A stretch of DNA of 63,973 bases, counting the filler, from Reclinomonas americana ATCC 50394 (taxonomy: Eukaryota), in the NCBI GenBank assembly GCA_048213135.1. It is 14 parts of 6 records of this genome, joined end to end, with 100 filler letters (N's around TTAATTAATTAA, not from the genome) between each part and the next. Parts side by side here need not be neighbours in the genome. Positions count along the whole stretch, not along the records: positions 39,641 to 41,689 come from PS015590.1; positions 41,790 to 49,635 come from PS015590.1; positions 49,736 to 53,058 come from PS015590.1; 11 more parts are not named here. One strand, given 5' to 3'. The translations under genes and the position numbers were made by a program. Shown piece after piece: positions 39,541 to 50,871 of the stretch. The notes under the pieces were generated by a model, which was given only the letters and a program-made list of their open reading frames with translations, was not told where the DNA came from and ran no database searches. The stretch's first letter is position 1. The number at the start of each line of letters is the position of its first letter.

Positions 39541-39640
39541 NNNNNNNNNNNNNNNNNNNNNNNNNNNNNNNNNNNNNNNNNNNNTTAATTAATTAANNNN
39601 NNNNNNNNNNNNNNNNNNNNNNNNNNNNNNNNNNNNNNNN

Positions 39641-40434
39641 ACCATGATCTACTGGGCGTGCTTTCGCAAAATGTTTTCGCTGTCGGCGCGCTCGCCAGTG
39701 GTGGTCGCCAGTCTCTCGCTCTCCACGTCCCTGTTCGAGTACTTTGCCAGTCAGCTCCTCTTTGCGGAGGAGGTGTTTCCCGAGTTCTCACGCGCCACGC
39801 GCATGGTGCCCGTGTGTGTCGAGGATCGCAGTGGTGTGGAGATGCCCATGGCGTTTGTGTTTCTCGGCTGGTGCAGCCGCCGCGACAAGCATGTGTTGGA
39901 CGACTGCTACTCGGTGCTGGTGGAACCTGCCTCCTGTCAGCGTGTGAAGAGACCAGGCACCGAGCGCACAGGCATTCCGCCTGACTTGTTGGCCTTGGTT
40001 CGTGCGCGTTTTCTCTTTTGCTTACAAGGTTGCTTTCGCTGTCGTCTCACTCGCCGAGGCGGGTGCGTTGCAATCGCAGCAATGCAGCCGACGTCGTCAG
40101 CCATATGCTGTAGTGTGTGCCTTCAACTCTCAGTGGCCAGTGATGATTCAAGCGTCACGGTGCTCGTTCCAGGTGGTGGAAACCACTCCCGTGCTTGCCA
40201 CACTGCTGGATGCCTCGTGGCCGGAGGACGACGACTTGTACATATTCTCGTGGACCGACGGCAGCGTGACAGTGGGCACCAGCGAGTCGCGCTTGCGTGG
40301 CTACATTCACGAAGAAGAGTTGCGTGGACCTGCCGTCAAATCTCGGCCGTCTTCACGTTGTTGGTTGATTCGTGTGGGCGCGCAATAGGCCGCCAGTGGC
40401 TCCATTCTTGTCGCCACCGTTGCAGGCGTCGCTG
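39641..40434 (+). CDS. Fragment of an unidentified multi-exon gene
   Basis: Coding-like segments (SLFEYFASQLLFAEEVFPEF; VVETTPVLATLLDASWPEDDDLYIFSW) with plausible GT-AG borders; no family recognised. Confidence 0.35.
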
Positions 40435-41789
40435 AAAAGAGACTTTTGGGAGGAGTACTGGATTATACACAGGTTCCAGTGATGATTATGTGTGTTTGTT
40501 GTNNNNNNNNNNNNNNNNNNNNNNNNNNNNNNNNNNNNNNNNNNNNNNNNNNNNNNNNNNNNNNNNNNNNNNNNNNNNNNNNNNNNNNNNNNNNNNNNNN
40601 NNNNNNNNNNNNNNNNNNNNNNNNNNNNNNNNNNNNNNNNNNNNNNNNNNNNNNNNNNNNNNNNNNNNNNNNNNNNNNNNNNNNNNNNNNNNNNNNNNNN
40701 NNNNNNNNNNNNNNNNNNNNNNNNNNNNNNNNNNNNNNNNNNNNNNNNNNNNNNNNNNNNNNNNNNNNNNNNNNNNNNNNNNNNNNNNNNNNNNNNNNNN
40801 NNNNNNNNNNNNNNNNNNNNNNNNNNNNNNNNNNNNNNNNNNNNNNNNNNNNNNNNNNNNNNNNNNNNNNNNNNNNNNNNNNNNNNNNNNNNNNNNNNNN
40901 NNNNNNNNNNNNNNNNNNNNNNNNNNNNNNNNNNNNNNNNNNNNNNNNNNNNNNNNNNNNNNNNNNNNNNNNNNNNNNNNNNNNNNNNNNNNNNNNNNNN
41001 NNNNNNNNNNNNNNNNNNNNNNNNNNNNNNNNNNNNNNNNNNNNNNNNNNNNNNNNNNNNNNNNNNNNNNNNNNNNNNNNNNNNNNNNNNNNNNNNNNNN
41101 NNNNNNNNNNNNNNNNNNNNNNNNNNNNNNNNNNNNNNNNNNNNNNNNNNNNNNNNNNNNNNNNNNNNNNNNNNNNNNNNNNNNNNNNNNNNNNNNNNNN
41201 NNNNNNNNNNNNNNNNNNNNNNNNNNNNNNNNNNNNNNNNNNNNNNNNNNNNNNNNNNNNNNNNNNNNNNNNNNNNNNNNNNNNNNNNNNNNNNNNNNNN
41301 NNNNNNNNNNNNNNNNNNNNNNNNNNNNNNNNNNNNNNNNNNNNNNNNNNNNNNNNNNNNNNNNNNNNNNNNNNNNNNNNNNNNNNNNNNNNNNNNNNNN
41401 NNNNNNNNNNNNNNNNNNNNNNNNNNNNNNNNNNNNNNNCGATTGCAGCAGCAGCAGTGTGCTGTCGGCGATGAGGAGCAGCGCCTGGCTGCGGAGAGCA
41501 CTGCGCTGCGATCCATGCTGAGTCTCTGTTCCATCGATGTCGGTGCGCTCTTTGTGAGGTTTGCCTTGCTTCTGTCACTCGATCTCATCTGTCGCGTGTT
41601 CAGTGGAGGAGGAAGACCGCATCGCGTGGCCACAATCCATGTCGCTGCCACGCGGCATCTATGTCGAGGAGTCGCTGGCGGAGGCCGCGNNNNNNNNNNN
41701 NNNNNNNNNNNNNNNNNNNNNNNNNNNNNNNNNTTAATTAATTAANNNNNNNNNNNNNNNNNNNNNNNNNNNNNNNNNNNNNNNNNNNN

Positions 41790-42219
41790 CTCCTCCATGA
41801 GGCTGCGAGCGAGCGTCTGGAACGACAACACACCGCTCATCAAGCGATGCAGAGTGATCGGAAATCCCTCCCATCTGCACAGCAGCGTCAGCAGGAGAGC
41901 GCACAACACGCATACACAAAAGAGGGAGAGGGGAGTATGCAACGTTTCCAGTGCGCCGCTCTTGGTCAGCGCCTGCAACCACGACGTGACCACGTGAAGC
42001 ACACTCCGCCTACTCGCGACCGTGCTGAGCTTCTGCAGCGGCGACAGGTCCTGCATTCGTGTCCACGGCAGTGCGCCCATCTGCGCGCGATTCTTAGCGA
42101 CGAGGGAACTCCAGTGTGCTCACTCACTCACTCACTCGCAGACTCACCCCATCATCGTCGATGGATGCGCTGGCCCCTGCGTCGCCGCCGCTCGCTGACG
42201 ATGCCCGTGGTAATGACAT
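41790..42219 (-). CDS. 5' exons of an unidentified gene
   Basis: ATG at 42219 (MSLPRASSASGGDAG...|gtgagt), then the exon MGALPWTRMQDLSPLQKL...; runs into a linker. Confidence 0.3.
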
Positions 42220-42352
42220 GGTCGCCCACAACGAGTGGCGCAAGCGCCAGCGATGAGAAAGGGAGGGGTTTCTCCTCACACACAAAACACGACGACGAAG
42301 GGAGGACAAGTTCTTTCGTTTAATAACACCGATGCATCGTCGGAAAAGGGTT

Positions 42353-45300
42353 TCACACCCGTCGCCGCTTCCGTGCAGCTGGGGCAACTGGTGGCTCATT
42401 GTCAGCCTCAGCAGCATCCTCATCGCCCTCATCGCCGNNNNNNNNNNNNNNNNNNNNNNNNNNNNNNNNNNNNNNNNNNNNNNNNNNNNNNNNNNNNNNN
42501 NNNNNNNNNNNNNNNNNNNNNNNNNNNNNNNNNNNNNNNNNNNNNNNNNNNNNNNNNNNNNNNNNNNNNNNNNNNNNNNNNNNNNNNNNNNNNNNNNNNN
42601 NNNNNNNNNNNNNNNNNNNNNNNNNNNNNNNNNNNNNNNNNNNNNNNNNNNNNNNNNNNNNNNNNNNNNNNNNNNNNNNNNNNNNNNNNNNNNNNNNNNN
42701 NNNNNNNNNNNNNNNNNNNNNNNNNNNNNNNNNNNNNNNNNNNNNNNNNNNNNNNNNNNNNNNNNNNNNNNNNNNNNNNNNNNNNNNNNNNNNNNNNNNN
42801 NNNNNNNNNNNNNNNNNNNNNNNNNNNNNNNNNNNNNNNNNNNNNNNNNNNNNNNNNNNNNNNNNNNNNNNNNNNNNNNNNNNNNNNNNNNNNNNNNNNN
42901 NNNNNNNNNNNNNNNNNNNNNNNNNNNNNNNNNNNNNNNNNNNNNNNNNNNNNNNNNNNNNNNNNNNNNNNNNNNNNNNNNNNNGAGGAGGAGGCACCGC
43001 AGTCGCCACCGCCGGCCGCCAAACCACGAGCGCGTCGCGGCAAGCCTGCCTCTCAGGAAATGGAGGAGGAAGAGGAGGAGGAGGCACCTCAGTCGCCACC
43101 GCCGGCTGCCAAGCCACGAGCGCGTCGCGGCAAGCCTGCTTCTCAGGAAATGGAAGAGGAGGAGGAAGAGCCCCCGGCGCGAGGTGGGCGACGAGGTGAG
43201 TGCTTGCCCTGCCTTTGTTGTCCTTGCGCTTTCATTTTTTGGTGCAACAAGTGGTGACCCGATCTGCATGCAGGCAAGAAGGCTGCGCCGGCACCAGCAA
43301 AGGGTCGACGTCGAGCAGCTGCGGAAATGGAGAGCGACGGTGAAGGCGACGACGACGANNNNNNNNNNNNNNNNNNNNNNNNNNNNNNNNNNNNNNNNNN
43401 NNNNNNNNNNNNNNNNNNNNNNNNNNNNNNNNNNNNNNNNNNNNNNNNNNNNNNNNNNNNNNNNNNNNNNNNNNNNNNNNNNNNNNNNNNNNNNNNNNNN
43501 NNNNNNNNNNNNNNNNTCCTCCTCCTCCATTTCCTGAGAAGCAGGCTTGCCGCGACGCGCTCGTGGCTTGGCGGCCGGCGGTGGCGACTGCGGTGCCTCC
43601 TCCTCGTCATCGGTAACATCGTCGGCCTCTTCGGCCTTGGACGACGCGGCACGGGCGCCGGATCTTCGACAACAAGTGAGGGAACGGAAAAAGACAAGTG
43701 AAAAGACACGACGATGTGCGCGCAACTTGCCAGTCTTGCCAGTCTTGCCAGTCTTGCCAGCCTTGCCAGCCTTGCCGGTCTTGCCCGCTCGAGTCGCCTG
43801 TTTCTTGGTGGGTGGTGTTGGCGGCGGCGCCTCGTCGTCGGTGACATCTCCGTCAACCGACTCGGCCTTGTCTTCCGCTGCGTCGTCGTCGTCGTCGCCA
43901 TCCGACTCGCGAGCACGCTTCTTTGACCGAGCGGCGGCAGCCGACGGTGACTTGCCGGGGGTCATCACTGCACCACGCACGACTTCAGCAATCAGCAAAG
44001 GCAGGAACGCCTGCGAGCATACTCACCAGTGGGGCGAACGCCAGATGCCTTCTCCAGCGAGGCGAGGAAGGAGTCGATCACCTGCAGGCGATAGGCAGCC
44101 ATGCCGACCTTGAGCGGCACAATGGCTGAACGGAATCGCTCCAATCTGCTCCGCTCAGACAAGTGAGGGCGCATGTCGCAACAGGTGCGAAAAAGCACAG
44201 GCGACGCAACAGCAGCTTGGCATGCTCACGATGGGTGCGCTGCGCGTACGGTACCAACCCGGCCAGGAACTCCACATTCTCACCGCGCTTGGCGAGGGCG
44301 AATTCCAGACCAGAGCTGCACGCGTGACCATGAGCGCGATGGTTCAAGGCAAGAAAACATCAAAACACACACACGTACCGCACAATCTCCGAGACATTGG
44401 TGCGCAGCTTGTCCTTGGAAAACTGGTGCGACTTGCTGAGGTTGACGGCGAGGCCAACAAAGTCGGCATAGAACTCTGCCACACCACCTCCCGTCAGCAA
44501 GTACCTGTGGGGGGTGGCAACATGCAGGCACTACGCCGACTCACCCATGATGGAGTCCTCGTCGACAGCACCGTCGGCCGCCTCCACATTCTCCAGCGTC
44601 TCGCGACACCGCACAAACTCGCGCTTCATGGCCTCCACCTCGGCAATACCCTCCTCACTCGGCTCCTCCCTCTTGAGGGTTTGGAAAAAGTGCTTGAGGC
44701 CTCTGTGTGCACATGCGAGTGGGTTCAGGATGCACCAAGTGGATGATAGGGGACGAATGCAAGCAAAAACGCAACAGGAACACACGCGTCGACGCCTCGG
44801 GACCCTTGCGGTGCATGAGTTGCTGGCGGTGGTAGTGTGACAAGACGGCCGATGCGTGCGCCACACTAATGTGCTGTCGGAGTACGGCCTGGGGCGGGCG
44901 GAGACGAACACAAGTCAGCGAGCGCAGCACCTACAGTAGCAGTAGCGCAAGCATGCGCACACACACACCGCGCCGAGACCACGAATCAGGTCCATCTTCT
45001 TGTCCCACCGCTCGAAACCAGTGTACAGATCTCCGTCCTCGATCTCGGCCTCGGTGAATCCGTTCTCATCTATTCAGCGTGACATGTTGGTCTCGGACCA
45101 GACGTAAAGAAATAGATGATACACGGTCGCCTACCCTTCTCCAAGAACTCGCCAAAGAACACAATGATTTTGCGTTCGAGTGGAGCCGCCGGTTCGAAAC
45201 GCAGTGAGGCCGGCTGCTCGGCACCACCAAACAGCAAAATCAAGTTCAACAGCACGCATGTAGCCTGCGACACTGGCGCGTGAGCAAAGCGACAGAGAAA

Positions 45301-48300
45301 AGAAAAACACGCAGTCGACTCACCAAGTGTTGTACTGGTTCGCGCACATCGTCAATCAGAGCCTCCATCAAGGTCACCACAGACTGGCGTCGCTCCACAA
45401 ACGCGGACACCCTGGCACCTCACGTCAGGATAACGACCGAGAAAGAAACCAACGGCGAAGAACGGAACTTGGCATCGCGAGCACTGCCACCCTCGCCCTC
45501 CTCCAGCAACTGCACCATGTCAACAGCCTCCCACGACAGGATCTGCAGCGCAGACTGCATGGCCAGCACCAGAATCTGCACAACAGCAGTCACACACACA
45601 TGTGCGCGCACACACAGCGGATTTCGAAAGACAATTTACCTCGCTGACAAGGCCACTCGGCGTCGACTCCTCCATCTCCTTCTTTCGGTGGTACTCCAGC
45701 AGCTTGAGCACCGGCTCCAACAGTGCACCCTCGCTGAACGAATCGACCAGATTCACGTGGCGCAGCACGGCCAGCAAGCGTTGCAGATTGCAAAAGAGCG
45801 CCATGCGATCACGCTTGTGCGCACTGGCACCACGACTCTACACCACGCACTCGTGAGAAGGCACATCGAAGGTGCATAGGCAGGTACTCCGACAGCAGAA
45901 CCGACCGTCACGGAGTTGACGGAGGAGGGCAGCTTGGAGCGGAAGGGTGCCACCAGGGCCTCGTACTGTTCCGACGCCGTCTCCTTGAAGGCGTGCTCCT
46001 CACCAAACAACGCATGACGGAAACAGGCAGCTGCTGCAGCGTGCACATCGGCACGGGTGGAGCGCCACATGGCACTGGCGGCAAACGCCAGCACATCCGA
46101 CAGTTCCTGCAGCAAGCAACGGATTGAGTCGTCGACACCAAACTACACATGCACACACACAACTCGCCGTCGGCGATCGCACCTTTTGCTGCTTGAACTT
46201 GGCGAACGACGATATCGGCAGGCACGGGAACAGCGACAAAAGATGCGCCACGGGGTCGCCATCGCCACGCACACACTCCAGCATTTGCGACATGGAGCCG
46301 GTCATGAGACGAATGCACTCGTCGGGCGTCTCCGGCTCATCGGCCGCCACACTCTCTCCTTTCTTGTCCCACAGCGGAGCCGGCCACATGGGAACGCCGA
46401 GGAAGCGCTTCACGGCGGCCACACCGAGACGCACCAGCATGAACTCGGGTTTCTGGGAGAGCATGGTCGACAGGTAAGACATAGTAGTGGAAGACCACAA
46501 AGCAAGTGTGTGTGGAGAGATGCACCAGTGCGTCGCCGACAGCGTCGACCATTTCCGGAGCCTCGCTCGAGTTCTCCGCACCGACTCTCTCGGTGACTGT
46601 CGTCAGCACTTCCACCACTTTGCTGACGTTCTGTAGTACGAAGACAAGGAGGGTCAGGAGATGGGAAAAAGGATGACGAAGAAAGTGTGCGGTTACCTGC
46701 AATGCCTCGGAAACGCCGCTCATGGCGTCGACAACGTAGCACGCGGCAAGATCGTTGCCGGGCCAGGCAGCCAACTGTCGTCGCGCATCCTCGTCATCAT
46801 CACCACCACCTTCGCCACCGGCAATGGGGGCGTGGTAGGACAGCGCAAACTCAGCCAGTGCCTCCAATTCGACACGCTCCACATCCACCGATTGCTTCAC
46901 ACTGCGTGCGCTCTGCTTGCGTCCTCGCTTGCCGCCTTCCCCACTTGCACTGGCCGCAGCAGCGACAGCTTCGTCTTGCTGCTCCGCCACCATGGCCTCG
47001 ACACGCGGCTTGATGGCATACCGGTACACAAACGGTGCGACGGCTCGACGGACGCTCGCGTCGTCGTCGAAAGTGAGTCGAACGACGGCGTCCAGGCGCT
47101 GTTTTCAGAGTGGAGGAGGAGGAGGGAAGTTAAGAGAAGGAGGAGGAAGAGAGGAAGTGGGAGGAGGGAGAAGATGGAGGAGAGGGAGAAGAAGAAGAGA
47201 AACAAGGAGGCGTACCGTGCGCATGTCGGCGAGGGGATCGGCCTTGGCATTCACTGGTTTGAGCGCGCGGCCCGACGATGAGGCGCGGTCGGGGAGGAGG
47301 CCAAGTCTGCATTTTTTGTTCATCACGATCGTCAACAACGAAGACCTCGCGTCAGCCAGCACGCTACCCCGCACACCACGCAACTCCACGAGACGAGTGA
47401 GCAGGCCCATGGCCAGCTTGGCCACTTGCAGATCAACGTCGGCGACCATTTCCACCAGACGCGGGCCGAAACGCTGCAGGAAGCGGGCAAGCTTCGGAAT
47501 GTTGGCCTCGTTCCTGTAGAGCAACTCAAAGACGCCCAGGGAGGCCAGACGAACGCTTGCATCCTGCGCAATGAAAGACTCAGCACACAGCAACAAGAGA
47601 GAGAGAAACGCGCAACACCACGCACCGCATCGTTCAGAGTCCAAGCGGCGTACTTGAGCATCTCGTCCTTGAGGAAGACGGCCGGGTGATTGGCAATCCA
47701 CTTGCCGCTGTTGGTGATGGTGTCCTCGCGAATGGTCGCCGCACTGTCGCGGTACCGCCGATCCACCACGCTTTCGCACAGCGTCTTCATGAGTTCGTCC
47801 AGACGTGTGAGATCGGCCTCGGCCGCGGCGCTGTGTCAACGGAGGTAAGTGTGGAGTCATGGGTGTGGACTGCGGTGGTGGCAACAACGCACTTTGATTT
47901 CTTCGCCGCCGCCTTGTCGACCTGCTTGCGCAACTCCTGCGCCACCTCCACGCACTCGGCCACGATCGCAAACAGGGCGACACAGGCCGTGTGGCGGTAG
48001 GCACGGACAGGGGATCTACGAGGGGTAAGGGGGGAAGGGGGAAGAGGGGTAAGGGGGGAAGGGGGAAGGGGGAGAAGGGGAGGAGAAGGGAGAGTGAGAA
48101 AAGGACGTGCGTGCACGGCTGACAGCTGCACGTGGTAAGTGGACGTGTGAGCGCACCCGCTGAGAATGATTAGCCACGCCAGCACGGTCTCGGAGAATGT
48201 CTCGTCGAACAGAGTCTCACGCGCCGACTTGCTGATGAGCTTGGACCAGAACTCGACAAACTGGCGACGGAAGTTGCGGCCGGCGGTGCCCTTGGCCACC

Positions 48301-49634
48301 AGTGGATACGCGGTGGTCGCGGGTGGCTGTGCATCTCATCGATGAGTTTTGTCTGCAGTCAACACACGAGCGCTATCGGCACACACACGCACCTCCTCCA
48401 GGTCGGCAATCGCTCCGTCCATGTCGATCTCCTCGTCCAGCACTTGCTCGACGGTGAGCGAGCCCTTGCCGCCAGCCGCCTGCCAACAACATTCACGAGG
48501 TGAGTCGCACGCACCACCATCATAACAGAGAAAGAAAGAAAGGCACGGCGCAACTTGAATCACAAAGTTGACGAGCTCCGTCATGGCCTTGTCCTTGGCC
48601 TGCCCGTACCGGTGCAGCCAATCGGTGATGACGGCGACGGTGGCCGGTGCGCGGCCGGATTCGAAGAGCATGCCTGGGGAGGGGAAGGAGAAGGGAAGAA
48701 AAAGGAGAAGAGTGAGAGAAGAAAGACGACAGAGGAGAGGAGAGATGACGAATGCATATGCACAAGAGAGGATGTGGGAAACGCAGCAAGGAGAACAAGA
48801 CGGTGCAGCAAGAGATGAAAGCGAGGAAGAGAAGAGAGAAAGAGAAACTGTGACCACGCACAGCAAGTGAGTCAGAGAGACAGTGCGAAACAAGAACAGC
48901 GAGATGGGAAGGGATGTGGGAAACGAGAACAACAAGAGATGAAAGAGAGGGAAACAAGCGAGAAGAGAGAAAGAGAAACAGTGAACATGCACAGCGGGAC
49001 AGCGAGATGAGGTAGAAGAAGAAAGCAGGCAGAAAGATATGAAGAATGAAAGCAGCAGTAACGAGATCCACTCCCTCACCATGCAGCGACTTGTTGGCGG
49101 CACTCTTTCGTCCTTTCGGAGAACCTCCCGCAGCTGATGCATCCTCCGCCGCTGCCGCCGCCGCCTTCTTGCCGCGCTTCGCCACCGGCTTTGGAGGCGG
49201 CATCAGCGCATCGTCGGTCAACGCCGGTGTCTTCTTGCCGCGCTTGCCAGTCGCCGCCTGCGCCTTCTTGCCACGAGGCTTTCTCTTCGGTCGCTCCTCC
49301 TCCTCCTCGTCCTCCTCCTCCTCGTCCTCTTCCTCATCGTCGTCCTCGTCATCTGCATCGTCATCACTCTGCTCCTCTGCATCGTCTTCGTCGTCCGCGT
49401 CCTCGGGCGGTGAGCTCGGTCCACTCATCACCTGACTGGACGATGAAGATGCCAAGGAGGCTGACGCGCAGACAATGATGATAAGGAGGAAAGGGGGGGA
49501 ATGTGAGAGGCAATTCGTTCAGCATTACCTCGCTGACGAGCGGATCGACGCGGTCCAGGTGAATCCACTTGCATCTCCTCCACGGGTTGTGCCTCCTCTT
49601 GTTCTTCTTCTTCCTCCTCCTCCTCCACCACTCG
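42353..49634 (-). CDS. SCC3: Cohesin subunit SCC3/STAG (SA)
   Basis: DWLHRY...AMTELVNFVIQAAG, YPL...FRRQFVEFWSKL, LSGSPVRAYRHTAC, RRYRD...IRED...GKWI...FLKDEMLKYAAWTLNDADASVRL and RFGPRLVEMVADVDLQVA, with acidic/basic tails at both ends. Confidence 0.93.
42985..43610. repeat. 90-bp coding tandem repeat (EEEEEEEAPQSPPPAAKPRARRGKPASQEM) in the SCC3 tail
   Basis: Copies at 42994 and 43084 on + (period 90) and one at ~43517-43605 on -. Flanking gaps suggest collapsed copies. Confidence 0.85.
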
Positions 49635-50871
49635 ANNNNNNNNNNNNNNNNNNNNNNNNNNNNNNNNNNNNNNNNNNNNTTAATTAATTAANNNNNNNNN
49701 NNNNNNNNNNNNNNNNNNNNNNNNNNNNNNNNNNNACTCCACCGCCCACTCCACCCGCCGTCGCGCTTGTGATGGTGCCCGACAAGGCGGTGGCGGCTGC
49801 CGCCACAGTGGCCGCTGCTCCGGGTGCCGACTGTGCCGCCGCCGCGACGAGTGCCGACGGCGACGGGGCACGCGCGCTCATGACACGAGCACTGCTGCTG
49901 CCGCTGCCGCCACCACCGTCCTCTGCTGCCTCAGCGCGTCTGGCAGATCCACCAGGTGACCGAGCGGATCCGCGCACAGGTGACGACGACAGTCTCCTGT
50001 CCTCGGAAGATGAGGCGCCCGCTCTGCATGCANNNNNNNNNNNNNNNNNNNNNNNNNNNNNNNNNNNNNNNNNNNNNNNNNNNNNNNNNNNNNNNNNNNN
50101 NNNNNNNNNNNNNNNNNNNNNNNNNNNNNNNNNNNNNNNNNNNNNNNNNNNNNNNNNNNNNNNNNNNNNNNNNNNNNNNNNNNNNNNNNNNNNNNNNNNN
50201 NNNNNNNNNNNNNNNNNNNNNNNNNNNNNNNNNNNNNNNNNNNNNNNNNNNNNNNNNNNNNNNNNNNNNNNNNNNNNNNNNNNNNNNNNNNNNNNNNNNN
50301 NNNNNNNNNNNNNNNNNNNNNNNNNNNNNNNNNNNNNNNNNNNNNNNNNNNNNNNNNNNNNNNNNNNNNNNNNNNNNNNNNNNNNNNNNNNNNNNNNNNN
50401 NNNNNNNNNNNNNNNNNNNNNNNNNNNNNNNNNNNNNNNNNNNNNNNNNNNNNNNNNNNNNNNNNNNNNNNNNNNNNNNNNNNNNNNNNNNNNNNNNNNN
50501 NNNNNNNNNNNNNNNNNNNNNNNNNNNNNNNNNNNNNNNNNNNNNNNNNNNNNNNNNNNNNNNNNNNNNNNNNNNNNNNNNNNNNNNNNNNNNNNNNNNN
50601 NNNNNNNNNNNNNNNNNNNNNNNNNNNNNNNNNNNNNNNNNNNNNNNNNNNNNNNNNNNNNNNNNNNNNNNNNNNNNNNNNNNNNNNNNNNNNNNNNNNN
50701 NNNNNNNNNNNNNNNNNNNNNNNNNNNNNNNNNNNNNNNNNNNNNNNNNNNNNNNNNNNNNNNNNNNNNNNNNNNNNNNNNNNNNNNNNNNNNNNNNNNN
50801 NNNNNNNNNNNNNNNNNNNNNNNNNNNNNNNNNNNNNNNNNNNNNNNNNNNNNNNNNNNNNNNNNNNNNNN

